From Ignavibacteriota bacterium (GTDB lineage: Bacteria > Bacteroidota > Ignavibacteria > Kapaibacteriales > UBA2268): a stretch of 64,000 bases of DNA. The DNA is taken from contig JAHBUQ010000001.1 in NCBI GenBank assembly GCA_019637995.1, positions 1,103,589 through 1,167,588 on the forward strand, in the 5' to 3' direction. The notes beneath the pieces were generated by a model that searched no databases, was not told the DNA's origin, and saw nothing but the letters and a program-made list of their open reading frames with translations. Shown here piece by piece: positions 30,510 to 39,229 of this stretch (positions within the stretch are counted from its first letter, which is position 1; each line of letters starts with the position of its first letter). Made by a program: the position numbers and the translations under genes.

Positions 30510-30989
30510 TTGAATTTATTTTGTGTATTCAAATCAAAAAATCCACTTGATGCTGAGGAAATTTTCGAAGATACCTGGCTCAAGTTTCTTGATAGAATCA
30601 GGCAAGGAAAAATACCTGAATCAGTTCTGTCATATTTATTTGCAATTGCAAGAAATCTTGCGATAGACAGGTATCGTGCTGAAATTTCAAAGAAAACAAT
30701 TACAATTGAGTATCGGGATTATTTGAATTTTGAAGACGACTATAGTCAATTATCAACTGAAAATTTGGTTGATGCTGATGAACTTAAGGAGGTTATTATG
30801 GGCGTTCTTTCAAATATGGACGACATTTACAGCGAAGTTTTTATTATGCAGTGGTTTGGCGGGTTAACTCAAAGGGAAATTTCCGAAACACTGAATATTG
30901 GTTTGTCAGCAGTAAAGATGCGAAGTCATCGTGCCATGAAAGAAGTTATTAAATATGTTAAGCCAATTTATAAGAATTATGATGAGTAG
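30510..30989 (+). CDS. ECF sigma factor paralog, module 2. The 5' end is disrupted by an in-frame TAA at 30405-30407, downstream of an ATG at 30393. The longest intact ORF starts at TTG 30510 and would lack part of region 2.1. Possible pseudogene.
   Basis: The frame 30393-30989 reads MNTE*QKYSDNDLIKIIRSGEGYSVDYSFNTLYERYSAKL-MNLFCVF.... This aligns with the module-1 sigma MKNFNKYSDNDLIQI...FSELYNRYANNIYLY. Region 4 (LTQREISETLNIGLSAVKMRSHRAMKEV) is intact. Confidence 0.6.
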   Translation: MNLFCVFKSKNPLDAEEIFEDTWLKFLDRIRQGKIPESVLSYLFAIARNLAIDRYRAEISKKTITIEYRDYLNFEDDYSQLSTENLVDADELKEVIMGVLSNMDDIYSEVFIMQWFGGLTQREISETLNIGLSAVKMRSHRAMKEVIKYVKPIYKNYDE

Positions 30990-31005
30990 TTCGGAGGATA
31001 TGAAA

Positions 31006-32196
31006 ATGGAAAATATTGATAGATTTACCAAATATTATTCCGGGGAAATGAATCAAATTGAAGAGGAATTATTTTTTTCTGAATTAGCTTTAGATAATTC
31101 AGTCAGAGATGAATTTAAAACTTTTTATATGATAAATAGTTCCTTATCATCAATTGTCAGTTCCTATAAACCAAGTGAAGAAAGTAAAGCCAAGCTTTTC
31201 AGCAAAGCCGGATTGGTTTATTCACCGGCTGCCATAACGGTAGCGGCTCTGACTGCAACAAAAGGCACAATAATCAGTCAGATTGCGACTTATACAATGG
31301 GCAAACTCGGTTTAATTTTGTTTGGTTTAATTATCGGCGCCGGACTGATGTATCTGCTAAATTCTCAACCTGAAAATATTGCTTTAAATAATCAACCGGC
31401 TAATAATGAGGAAAGAATCATTCAAATCTTAGATTCTGAAAAAGCAATTCCAATAATGAGTGCAAATAATGTTGATGAAATTTCATTTACTAAAAGTATC
31501 AAACGTAACAAAATTGCATCTAATAATTCAGGAAAAATTCTAACTGAGGATGTTGGAATGGAGGAGAAAGAAGAACTTCACACCCATAATATACAAATTA
31601 AAAAGTGTCAAATACCTGATGTTCATAATTTTGAAGGAAATATAATTCCAGAATATAAATTAAATTCTGAAATTAAAAATACAGAGTATTATCAAAAAAT
31701 TTCAACAGATTTTAAAGAATTAGGTTTATCAGTTGAAACAAGATACTCTACATACTGGAATATGGTAAATGAAAATGTTCAGCCAAGTGAATTTTCGATT
31801 TTTAATAATATTGATATATTTGTTTATAAAGAAGTCTTGCAAAATTTGCTTCTGGGTGCAGGTGTGCGTCAGGAAACGTTTTATGCTAAATATAACTCTT
31901 TCGAGAATGGACGGGATTTTATATATGAGCAACAACCAAATCTTACAAATTTTGAGTTAGCAATTCGGTATTTCCCATATAATATTGAATTTTTCAAACC
32001 GCTTATTCAACTGAACTTAGGCGGTGGTAACTATGGATTCACATATCGTGGAGCAATTGGAAGTGAAATTAATCTGATAGACAAATTTTCAATATTATTA
32101 ACTATTGATTATGCCACATTCAATTTTTTTCATAAAGACATAAAGAACAATTCGGGTAAAGTTGGAATTAATTACGGAATAAATTATAAATTTTAA
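31006..32196 (+). CDS. Anti-sigma-like membrane protein paralog, module 2. Same architecture as module 1: N-domain, TM helix LGLILFGLIIGAGLMYLL, linker, and an 8-strand beta-barrel-like C-terminus ending ..NYGINYKF.
   Basis: I place the start at ATG 31006, giving MENIDRF.... This is 7 nt after GGAGGA and matches the module-1 MKNYDTY start. The ORF track begins at 30955, inside the sigma gene. Confidence 0.5.
   Translation: MENIDRFTKYYSGEMNQIEEELFFSELALDNSVRDEFKTFYMINSSLSSIVSSYKPSEESKAKLFSKAGLVYSPAAITVAALTATKGTIISQIATYTMGKLGLILFGLIIGAGLMYLLNSQPENIALNNQPANNEERIIQILDSEKAIPIMSANNVDEISFTKSIKRNKIASNNSGKILTEDVGMEEKEELHTHNIQIKKCQIPDVHNFEGNIIPEYKLNSEIKNTEYYQKISTDFKELGLSVETRYSTYWNMVNENVQPSEFSIFNNIDIFVYKEVLQNLLLGAGVRQETFYAKYNSFENGRDFIYEQQPNLTNFELAIRYFPYNIEFFKPLIQLNLGGGNYGFTYRGAIGSEINLIDKFSILLTIDYATFNFFHKDIKNNSGKVGINYGINYKF
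31436..31563. repeat. Partner copy of the 128-bp near-identical tract (see 27138-27265)
   Basis: Same basis as 27138-27265. Confidence 0.7.
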
Positions 32197-32202
32197 ATAA
32201 AT

Positions 32203-32946
32203 TTGGAGAGAACAATGAATACTAAAATCATTTTATCATTAGCATTGCTTTTGCTATTTTTGACATCCTGTGAAGACATTGTCAATTCAGAAAAGAACAT
32301 TAAGAAAACTGGATACTTGTATAATAAGGTTCTTAATAATCAGGAAAAAAACGTATTAATGCCATTGAAAGTTGGTAATATGTGGCTATATGAAGTCAAA
32401 CAATTTGACTCATCCGGTACAATGATTAACGAATATATTGACTCAATCGAAGTCTTAGAGAAAATCAACTTCAGAGGCGAAACATGGTTTAGAGTCAGAA
32501 TGATAGATATGGGTTCTACTTGGAATTCAATTCTGACTAATACAGATAAGGGGCTATATCGTGCAGACGAGAACACCACACTTGATTGTAGATTTATAGT
32601 AGCTCAATATCCTGAGAATCGAAGTCAAATTATTGCCCTTCATGAAGAAAATGTGATGATTATGTATTTTGACGGTCAGAAAGATGTTATTGATACAGTT
32701 ACAACTCAATATTTAATTGAATTAAATGCAAATTATACTGCTTCTTTTAAATCTGCAAATTATCCTGCACGGGAGTATTCTACTTACTGGAGGGCATTAG
32801 AGTTGGTTGATAGTAAAACTTTGCATAAAGTTGATGTTTTTGTTCCAAACATAGGTCTTTTTGAGCATAAACGCTACCGCTTTGCCGGAGGCAGAAGGTA
32901 TGTTGAAACCCACTATAAATTAGTAGCAACTAATTTAATAAAATAA
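32203..32946 (+). CDS. Lipoprotein, 247 aa, paralog of the N-terminal domain of the next gene. Module 2.
   Basis: Lipobox FLTSCED. The leader TAAATAAATTTGGAGA is identical to that of the next gene. Shared blocks include CEDIVNSEKNIKKT/CDDIVNSDSNIKKT and MPLKVGNMWLYEV/MPLKVGYKWLYSV. Confidence 0.6.
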   Translation: MERTMNTKIILSLALLLLFLTSCEDIVNSEKNIKKTGYLYNKVLNNQEKNVLMPLKVGNMWLYEVKQFDSSGTMINEYIDSIEVLEKINFRGETWFRVRMIDMGSTWNSILTNTDKGLYRADENTTLDCRFIVAQYPENRSQIIALHEENVMIMYFDGQKDVIDTVTTQYLIELNANYTASFKSANYPAREYSTYWRALELVDSKTLHKVDVFVPNIGLFEHKRYRFAGGRRYVETHYKLVATNLIK

Positions 32947-32965
32947 ATAAATTTGGAGAAACATT

Positions 32966-34015
32966 ATGAAATCGAAAGTTATATTAATGCTAATCACAGT
33001 GCTTGTTATTATAACAGCTTGCGATGATATTGTCAATTCCGACAGTAACATCAAGAAAACGTCGCTTGATTATAGTAAGGTACTTGATAATCAGGAAACA
33101 GGTGTCATAATGCCACTGAAGGTGGGTTATAAGTGGCTGTATTCAGTTGATAAAGTAAATGAAGAAAATGTCGCAATTAGTAATCGTATTGATTCTATTG
33201 TCGTTCTGCGTGAAGTAATGTTGGAAAATGAAAAATGGTTTGAAGTATATTTCCCAATGTTTTCAAGAGATTACAATGTCCTGATGACCAATACCGAAAA
33301 AGGTTTGATGATTCATTGCGAGCAATGCTTGGAAAAGAAATTTCTTTGGGCAGAATATCCACAAAATGGCAGTCTTTTCTATAGCGGAAGGAAATTAATT
33401 CAGTTGAAAGATTCCCAAGGAAATGTAATTGGTCAAGATTATGTACCATTAGGCAAAGAGTCGCAGAGTTCCGGTGTTAGTTTACAAAATGGAAAAAGCT
33501 TTTCAACGGTAAATTATGTCTGTTATGCAATCAATCAAAACAAAATGCAAAAAGAAGTTTTCCTTGGAGATGAGCATTTCTCTCCGGATTTTGGTTTAGT
33601 TGCCGGATTTACTAAAGCGTTAGATGGAATGCTTGGAGAGCAGTATGAGTATTTAGAGTTTTCTAATATTAGCGAAGTAAATCAATGTATTTATGAAGAA
33701 ACCATCAACCTTGGCGACATACAAATTGGAAAGGTTCATTCATTCACAAAAGAAATAACAAATACCACTGACAAAACTTATAGTTTGAAAGGAATAGCAA
33801 TAATACCGGCTACTGAAATTATCAGCTTCGGAAAAATTACACCTACAATGCACGACTGGCTTAACTTCCCAATCAGACAAAATCAAAAGCTTTCTATTGA
33901 AATTAAAGTTACACCAGACAAATTAGGAGATTTCTCTACATCAGTAATGATATTTCATTCAGAAATGCATAATTGTTTTTATAGAATTTATATTAACGGT
34001 ACTTGTGTAGAGTAG
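32966..34015 (+). CDS. Lipoprotein, 349 aa: N-domain paralogous to the 32203 gene plus a C-terminal Ig-like domain related to the 27935 lipoprotein. Module 2.
   Basis: Lipobox IITACDD. The C-terminal INLGDIQIGKVHSFTKEITNTTD... is DUF1573-like. Confidence 0.6.
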   Translation: MKSKVILMLITVLVIITACDDIVNSDSNIKKTSLDYSKVLDNQETGVIMPLKVGYKWLYSVDKVNEENVAISNRIDSIVVLREVMLENEKWFEVYFPMFSRDYNVLMTNTEKGLMIHCEQCLEKKFLWAEYPQNGSLFYSGRKLIQLKDSQGNVIGQDYVPLGKESQSSGVSLQNGKSFSTVNYVCYAINQNKMQKEVFLGDEHFSPDFGLVAGFTKALDGMLGEQYEYLEFSNISEVNQCIYEETINLGDIQIGKVHSFTKEITNTTDKTYSLKGIAIIPATEIISFGKITPTMHDWLNFPIRQNQKLSIEIKVTPDKLGDFSTSVMIFHSEMHNCFYRIYINGTCVE

Positions 34016-34053
34016 GAAATTAGATATAATCTGTATCGCAGATTTAGTCAAGC

Positions 34054-34088
34054 CAGATGGACTCCACTTACAAAGTGGAGTCCATCTG
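34054..34088. repeat. Perfect 15-bp-stem hairpin (CAGATGGACTCCACT-TACAA-AGTGGAGTCCATCTG). The stem sequence is shared with 30207-30239. No clear T-tract follows, so this may be a REP-like element or a terminator.
   Basis: Read directly. It lies between the second lipoprotein gene and the cargo gene of module 2. Confidence 0.45.
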
Positions 34089-34131
34089 AAAATCAAATAT
34101 TTTATTTAGTAATTATATAATTGGAGAAAAA

Positions 34132-35469
34132 ATGAAAACCAAAATTTTATTGCTTTGTTTATTTGTTATGATTTATAGCGAAAGTTCTTCCCAGCTTATA
34201 AAATGGGATACGTTAACAACCGACTTTGATTATTTCAACAGACAACATTTCCATACTATAAATGAAACAAGAGAATACATATATTCTTTCAATTTAGGTT
34301 CCATCGTTAATAATCTATTAGTTATTTCAGAGTATGATATTTACAAAAAAGATTTCTCAGAACAAATCTCATTCAAATTAGATCAGATGTATAATCCAAA
34401 TGAATACCGTCCTAATGATTGCATTATGACTGAAAACAACATTATTTATGTAGTTGCTGATTCAGGATATATTTTTCAAAAAAATATTTTTAACAAAGAA
34501 TGGACTTCAAGAAAAATTATTGAAGAAAGTGCTTTGATTTACAATATTGCTTTCAAGGATTCTTTATTTGGTATTATTTCAAATTATCCGGATTATGAAA
34601 ACCTGATACCTGAGCTGCATTATACTGAAGATGGAGGAAATAATTGGTCAAAATTTGAAAATCAAATTGAGAACGAAAAGCCATTTTTAATTACAAGTTT
34701 TAGATTTTTTCAGGATACAATGATTGTAATTACTTATGAACCGGAAACAAAAAATCGAAAGATATATTTCAGTTTTAACTCGGGATATAATTGGGATTAT
34801 ATCAATGAATTCCCAAAATTTAGTTCATTAGAAAGACATAATAGTATTTATTTCAAAAATGGAAAGTTATGGGTTGCTTCGATAAGGTCAGAGGAATTTG
34901 TTTTTTCTGATAATTTTGGTCTAACATGGACGAAAGTAAATGAAGTTAATTCTAATGAAGGGATTCGGGGTATCAGGAATATAACTTTTAAAGATAATTT
35001 AAATGAAGGTTTTGCACTAAATCCATACGGTGTTTATTATACTACAGATGGTTTAAACTGGGAATTTGACAGAAATCATGAAGATAAGCAACTAGAAAAA
35101 TTGAACTTAACGCAATTCAATTACAAAGATGAAATTTATCTTATACAAGATAGCGCTGCATTAAAATATGATGGTCTGATTACTTCAATTAAACAAAATG
35201 ATGTTTCAAAAATTGGAGGCATGAGCGTTCATCCCAACCCCGCTACAGATTTCATCACAATTCAATTAAGCAACAAAGAGCTTCAGCCCTTTGCAGCAGA
35301 AGAAAAAGTGCAGATATTTGATGCGTTGGGTTTGGAAGTCATATCCACCCCGTCAGCTGCGCTGACACCCACGGGTGAGGGGAATTTAAGAATTGATGTT
35401 TCGCATTTACCAGCAGGAGTGTATTTCATTCGCATTGGTGAGCAAGTGAGTATGTTTGTAAAGCACTAG
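34132..35469 (+). CDS. Secreted BNR/beta-propeller-like protein, 445 aa, with a T9SS C-terminal sorting domain. Module 2 cargo.
   Basis: Signal peptide MKTKILLLCLFVMIYSESSSQ. BNR-like motifs YTEDGGNNWS, SDNFGLTWTK and YTTDGLNWE. The tail MSVHPNPATDFITIQLS...GVYFIRIGEQVSMFVKH is ~90% identical to that of the 28417 gene. Confidence 0.7.
   Translation: MKTKILLLCLFVMIYSESSSQLIKWDTLTTDFDYFNRQHFHTINETREYIYSFNLGSIVNNLLVISEYDIYKKDFSEQISFKLDQMYNPNEYRPNDCIMTENNIIYVVADSGYIFQKNIFNKEWTSRKIIEESALIYNIAFKDSLFGIISNYPDYENLIPELHYTEDGGNNWSKFENQIENEKPFLITSFRFFQDTMIVITYEPETKNRKIYFSFNSGYNWDYINEFPKFSSLERHNSIYFKNGKLWVASIRSEEFVFSDNFGLTWTKVNEVNSNEGIRGIRNITFKDNLNEGFALNPYGVYYTTDGLNWEFDRNHEDKQLEKLNLTQFNYKDEIYLIQDSAALKYDGLITSIKQNDVSKIGGMSVHPNPATDFITIQLSNKELQPFAAEEKVQIFDALGLEVISTPSAALTPTGEGNLRIDVSHLPAGVYFIRIGEQVSMFVKH
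35231..35469 (+). repeat. Partner copy of the T9SS-tail-coding block (see 29872-30111)
   Basis: Same basis as 29872-30111. Confidence 0.7.
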
Positions 35470-35481
35470 AATATTAAGAGT

Positions 35482-35509
35482 TGTCCGACACTTCCGTAAG
35501 TGTCGGACA
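35482..35509. terminator. Bidirectional terminator candidate between convergent genes. A 12-bp stem (TGTCCGACACTT / AAGTGTCGGACA) has a 4-nt loop.
   Basis: Perfect inverted repeat between the stops at 35469 (+) and 35531 (-). Confidence 0.5.
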
Positions 35510-35530
35510 TCTTGAATTGCAATATTTATC

Positions 35531-37621
35531 CTACTTCAGATTCTTATCAAGGAATTTAAATAATTTATCACTCCAGATTATAAATTCCTGTGGCTTTCCA
35601 ATAAAATGATTCTCATCAGGAAAGATGCAAATTTCAGCAGGAATGCCTTGAGCACGAGCTGCTGTGAAAGCTTCAAGACTTTGAGTATAAGGCACGCGGA
35701 AATCTTTCATCCCTGTAGAAATAAATATCGGGCTATCCCAGTTTTTTACATAATTGTGAGGTGAGAATTTTTCAAACTGTGCTCTATGTTTGGTATCCCA
35801 GTAAGGACCACCAAATTCCCAATTTGGGAAAAACAGCTCTTCAGTAGCACCATATTTACTGATAAGATTAAACACTCCGCAATGCGAAACAAATGCAGAG
35901 AACCTCTTGTTATGGTGACCTGCAAGCCAGAATGCCGCATAACCTCCGGCACTTGCACCCATCGCTGCTCTGCCGTCGAGCTTTACAAAAGGCTCTTGTG
36001 AGAACTGGTCAGTTGCGGCAAGGAGGTCATTCATAGGCATACCGCCCCAGTCAAGACTTATTGAATCGTTCCAAGCCTGACCGAAACCGGGTACACCACG
36101 CCTGTTAGCTGCAAGCATAATATATCCCTGAGATGCAAATAGAAACTGATTCCAGCGATAGTGGAAATTAGGAGAAATCATACTTTGCGGACCGCCCTGA
36201 CAGTATGTAACTACAGGATACTTTTTATTGGGGTCAAAGTTGGGAGGATAAATAATCCAAGAATGGATTTTCTTGCCGTCATTAGCAGTAAACCAACGTT
36301 CTTCGACCTTTACTTTGTTGATTTTTTCGTATAATTTTTTATTTTCATCTGTAATTTGATTCATGTTACCGGACTCAATATCCATAGAATATATATCAAG
36401 AGGTTCAGTAAAACTTTGCTTTCCGAAAACAAGTGTCTTACCGTCATTAGTGATATTAAGACCACTGCCTATCTTATGTATGCCCTCGGTTACGATTTTC
36501 CAGTTGCCTTCGAGGTCTAAATGAAAAATCTGAACTGTACCCTGATTTCCGGCTACTAAATAAAAGGATTTGCTGTCCGGAGTCCAAACAAATTCTTCCA
36601 CCCATTGATCTAAAGTTTTTGATATTTCAGTAATTATTCCATCCAGACGATTATAGACCATAAGCCTGATTCTGTCTGATTCAAAGCCCGGACGTTCCTG
36701 ACTAACGAATGCGATTAAATTTCCATCTGGTGAATATTTAGGGTTTTTGTCGTAACCAAGCATACCTTCAGTTATATTTTTGGTTGTTCCGTTTTCAATA
36801 TCATATAAATATATATCTGAATTGGTACTCCATGGATAATCGGAGACTTTTTTGGATGTATAAGCAATTTCTTTTTCATCAGGTGAAATGTCATATTCTT
36901 CTGCACCTCCAAAAGGTTTGAGTGGAGATTCATATTTTTCACCCTCCATAATGTCTTTAGGCTCACCGCCTTCAACAGGAGCCACAAAAATATGGCTTAC
37001 CATCTCGTCATTCCACTCATCCCAATGTCTGATATGCAAATCATCATAGAAATGCATATTTGCTTTGTCAAATTTCGGATACTGATCTTTCAGAGATTCA
37101 TAAGCCTTGATTTCACTTGCGAATACGAATGTTCCGGGTACTCCGGCATGCACGAAATTACTTACACCATTTTCCACATTTGTGAATTTCTTAGGAGTAC
37201 CCTTAGGAAAATCCATAATATAAATCTGTGGAGAGCCGTCAACTGTTGTTATAAATGCTAACTTATTATCACTAATAAATCTTGCATTAAACTCCGGAGC
37301 CGTGTTATTTGTAAGTTGAATTTTCTCGCTTCCGTCAATTTTAACAGCAAATAAATCGCTATATAGTTTGTTATCAGCTATTGATGGAGTCGAAAGTCGG
37401 TAAACTAACCATTGTCCATCGGGAGAAAGAGTAAAGTCGCTAACCCTTTTGGTTGTATATAGGTCTGTGGCGCTAAAATCTCTTGTTTCAAAATTGGTTT
37501 GATTCAAACTGAAGTCAATATCGCTTTTTACAGCTGTAGTTTCCTGAGTTTTTTCTTCAGAGCAGGACATAATCATAAGCAATAATCCAGTCAAAATAAT
37601 TGCTGAAATTTTATTTAACAT
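35531..37621 (-). CDS. S9-family serine peptidase (prolyl oligopeptidase / dipeptidyl-peptidase-like), 696 aa, with an N-terminal beta-propeller; lipoprotein or signal peptide
   Basis: Nucleophile motif GASAGGYAAF (GxSxGG). Catalytic Asp/His region CIFPDENHF. N-terminal repeated WD/TolB-like blades. Signal with Cys (LLLMIMSCSE). Confidence 0.85.
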   Translation of the reverse strand: MLNKISAIILTGLLLMIMSCSEEKTQETTAVKSDIDFSLNQTNFETRDFSATDLYTTKRVSDFTLSPDGQWLVYRLSTPSIADNKLYSDLFAVKIDGSEKIQLTNNTAPEFNARFISDNKLAFITTVDGSPQIYIMDFPKGTPKKFTNVENGVSNFVHAGVPGTFVFASEIKAYESLKDQYPKFDKANMHFYDDLHIRHWDEWNDEMVSHIFVAPVEGGEPKDIMEGEKYESPLKPFGGAEEYDISPDEKEIAYTSKKVSDYPWSTNSDIYLYDIENGTTKNITEGMLGYDKNPKYSPDGNLIAFVSQERPGFESDRIRLMVYNRLDGIITEISKTLDQWVEEFVWTPDSKSFYLVAGNQGTVQIFHLDLEGNWKIVTEGIHKIGSGLNITNDGKTLVFGKQSFTEPLDIYSMDIESGNMNQITDENKKLYEKINKVKVEERWFTANDGKKIHSWIIYPPNFDPNKKYPVVTYCQGGPQSMISPNFHYRWNQFLFASQGYIMLAANRRGVPGFGQAWNDSISLDWGGMPMNDLLAATDQFSQEPFVKLDGRAAMGASAGGYAAFWLAGHHNKRFSAFVSHCGVFNLISKYGATEELFFPNWEFGGPYWDTKHRAQFEKFSPHNYVKNWDSPIFISTGMKDFRVPYTQSLEAFTAARAQGIPAEICIFPDENHFIGKPQEFIIWSDKLFKFLDKNLK

Positions 37622-37755
37622 AATTTCCTCAAAAATATTATTTTTAAAAATGTTTGTAACAATCTACTAAAATAATAAAAAATTATTAATATAAATAAAA
37701 TACACAGTATTTATTTTGGATTTGAAATTACGCGATTGGTAAATTCAAAAAAAAA

Positions 37756-38658
37756 TCACTTCTTTTTTATCTTAATATTAGATAATGCCCCATCAATTTG
37801 AAAATCAATCTTATTAACATTATCATAATAATTTTTAGTAACAAAAATACCGGAACTGTTTTTTGTAAAATTCTCAAATGAAGTCTTGCTTAATGCAAAA
37901 TCCCCTTGAACTGAACAGCCTGCATCTTCTGGTACAGTAATGTCAAGAGTAGCAGCACCACAATTTATATTTACTTTAGTCATCGGCAGATGAGCTCCAA
38001 GCTTTAATCCGGCATTAGTGGCACCTGCGTCAATATTCAGATTTGGGACTTTCAACTCTTCCAAATCCAGTTTAATTTTTGATGCTCCGGCACTGATATC
38101 AATATCCCATTCCAAATCTTCTAAAATCTCAATTTTAGTATATCTTGACTGGTTATTAGTACCCTCACTACCTGCAAGACTGTAATTTAATACAACAAGT
38201 GAATCATTAGGGCGGTCAATTGTAACATCACAAAATACAGATGAAGAATTCACTTCGTATAAATAATCCATAGTATTTGAAATGACAAAACTACCAGCTC
38301 CACCAGAAAAATTGAGTACACCCTTCGTTACTTTTTCATCAAGTATCTCATGATTGCTGTTGCAATCACTCTTTGCAGAATTGATATCAATATTATTTCC
38401 AAGCTCACTCAAATAACTAAAACCGCTTGTAAACATTGCTACTATAAGCAATGAAAGTAAAAGACCCGACAGTGAAAGAATTATATTTTTTACAATGAGT
38501 GGAATTTTTAGAAGTGATAAGCCCCATATTATCAAAAGAAGTGGCCACCAGTCAATTACTTCGCTGAAACTAACGCGAAATGCACCGAAATTATTTGATA
38601 AGATAAAAATTCCAAGAAAAATTAGAAATGAGCCCCAGAAAAAAAGACTGCTTTTCAT
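37756..38658 (-). CDS. LiaF-like / DUF4097 (head GIN-type beta-helix) membrane protein, 300 aa
   Basis: Three N-terminal TM helices, then a repetitive beta-helix-like C-domain (IDISAGASKIKLDL..NIDAGATNAGLKLG..NINCGAATLDITV). The start overlaps the pspC stop by 4 nt. Confidence 0.6.
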   Translation of the reverse strand: MKSSLFFWGSFLIFLGIFILSNNFGAFRVSFSEVIDWWPLLLIIWGLSLLKIPLIVKNIILSLSGLLLSLLIVAMFTSGFSYLSELGNNIDINSAKSDCNSNHEILDEKVTKGVLNFSGGAGSFVISNTMDYLYEVNSSSVFCDVTIDRPNDSLVVLNYSLAGSEGTNNQSRYTKIEILEDLEWDIDISAGASKIKLDLEELKVPNLNIDAGATNAGLKLGAHLPMTKVNINCGAATLDITVPEDAGCSVQGDFALSKTSFENFTKNSSGIFVTKNYYDNVNKIDFQIDGALSNIKIKKK

Positions 38659-39089
38659 AATACACCTCCATTTTTCTTGCTTGCTTTGTAGATAATGTAA
38701 GCTCCAAATCCTACAAGTATGAGGGGCCAGATGTAGCTTAAATCAATTTGAGGTATAAATCTTTTTAATAAAAACAACATTCCGAATGCTATTAATATGG
38801 AGCCGCCAATTATCCTTCTTTGATTTTGCCTCGCTTCGTATATGATTTTCTCAACTTCCGGTACTTCAGCTTTAACATCTTCAGAGAACTCAACACCTTC
38901 GATATCATCACTAAGAGGAACAAAAATCCATAATGCAATATAAACAATAAGGCTAAGCCCCCAAGCAAATAACGATACAATAAATATAACCCTTATAATT
39001 ACAGGGTCAACATCAAAATACTCTCCTAATCCACCGGCTACACCACCTATGAATTTATTCCTGCCGGACCTGTATAATTGCTTTGTCAT
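38655..39089 (-). CDS. pspC: PspC-domain protein (phage-shock/envelope-stress family), about 144 aa
   Basis: Canonical PspC domain MTKQLYRSGRNKFIGGVAGGLGEYFDVDPVIIRVIFIV. I place the start at the internal ATG (39089), preceded by AAAGGTG. The ORF track starts at 39158. Confidence 0.75.
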   Translation of the reverse strand: MTKQLYRSGRNKFIGGVAGGLGEYFDVDPVIIRVIFIVSLFAWGLSLIVYIALWIFVPLSDDIEGVEFSEDVKAEVPEVEKIIYEARQNQRRIIGGSILIAFGMLFLLKRFIPQIDLSYIWPLILVGFGAYIIYKASKKNGGVL

Positions 39090-39229
39090 TTCAGCACCTT
39101 TTAATTTAATTGTATTTGTTTTATTTAATATTACGCTGTGGTTATTTACAAGTTTCAAAGATAATATTTTTTTTCTTTTTTTATAGAAAATTATTTACAT
39201 GTTTACCGTCTTTATTTATTTTAATCAAA

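Noticed and set aside
29872-35469. Repeated tail-coding blocks and conserved hairpins as a possible CRISPR array
   Set aside because: Only two or three copies are present, separated by kilobases. The repeats are protein-coding 3' ends with no regular repeat-spacer periodicity, and no cas genes are present.
39110-39229. Upstream extension of the lycopene-cyclase-domain ORF (ORF track start 39110)
   Set aside because: It would overlap the pspC coding region on the opposite strand and adds a non-conserved hydrophobic-poor leader. The ATG at 39230 begins the first TM helix. The same reasoning supports the internal starts I chose for the 46223, 58376 and 30955 ORFs.
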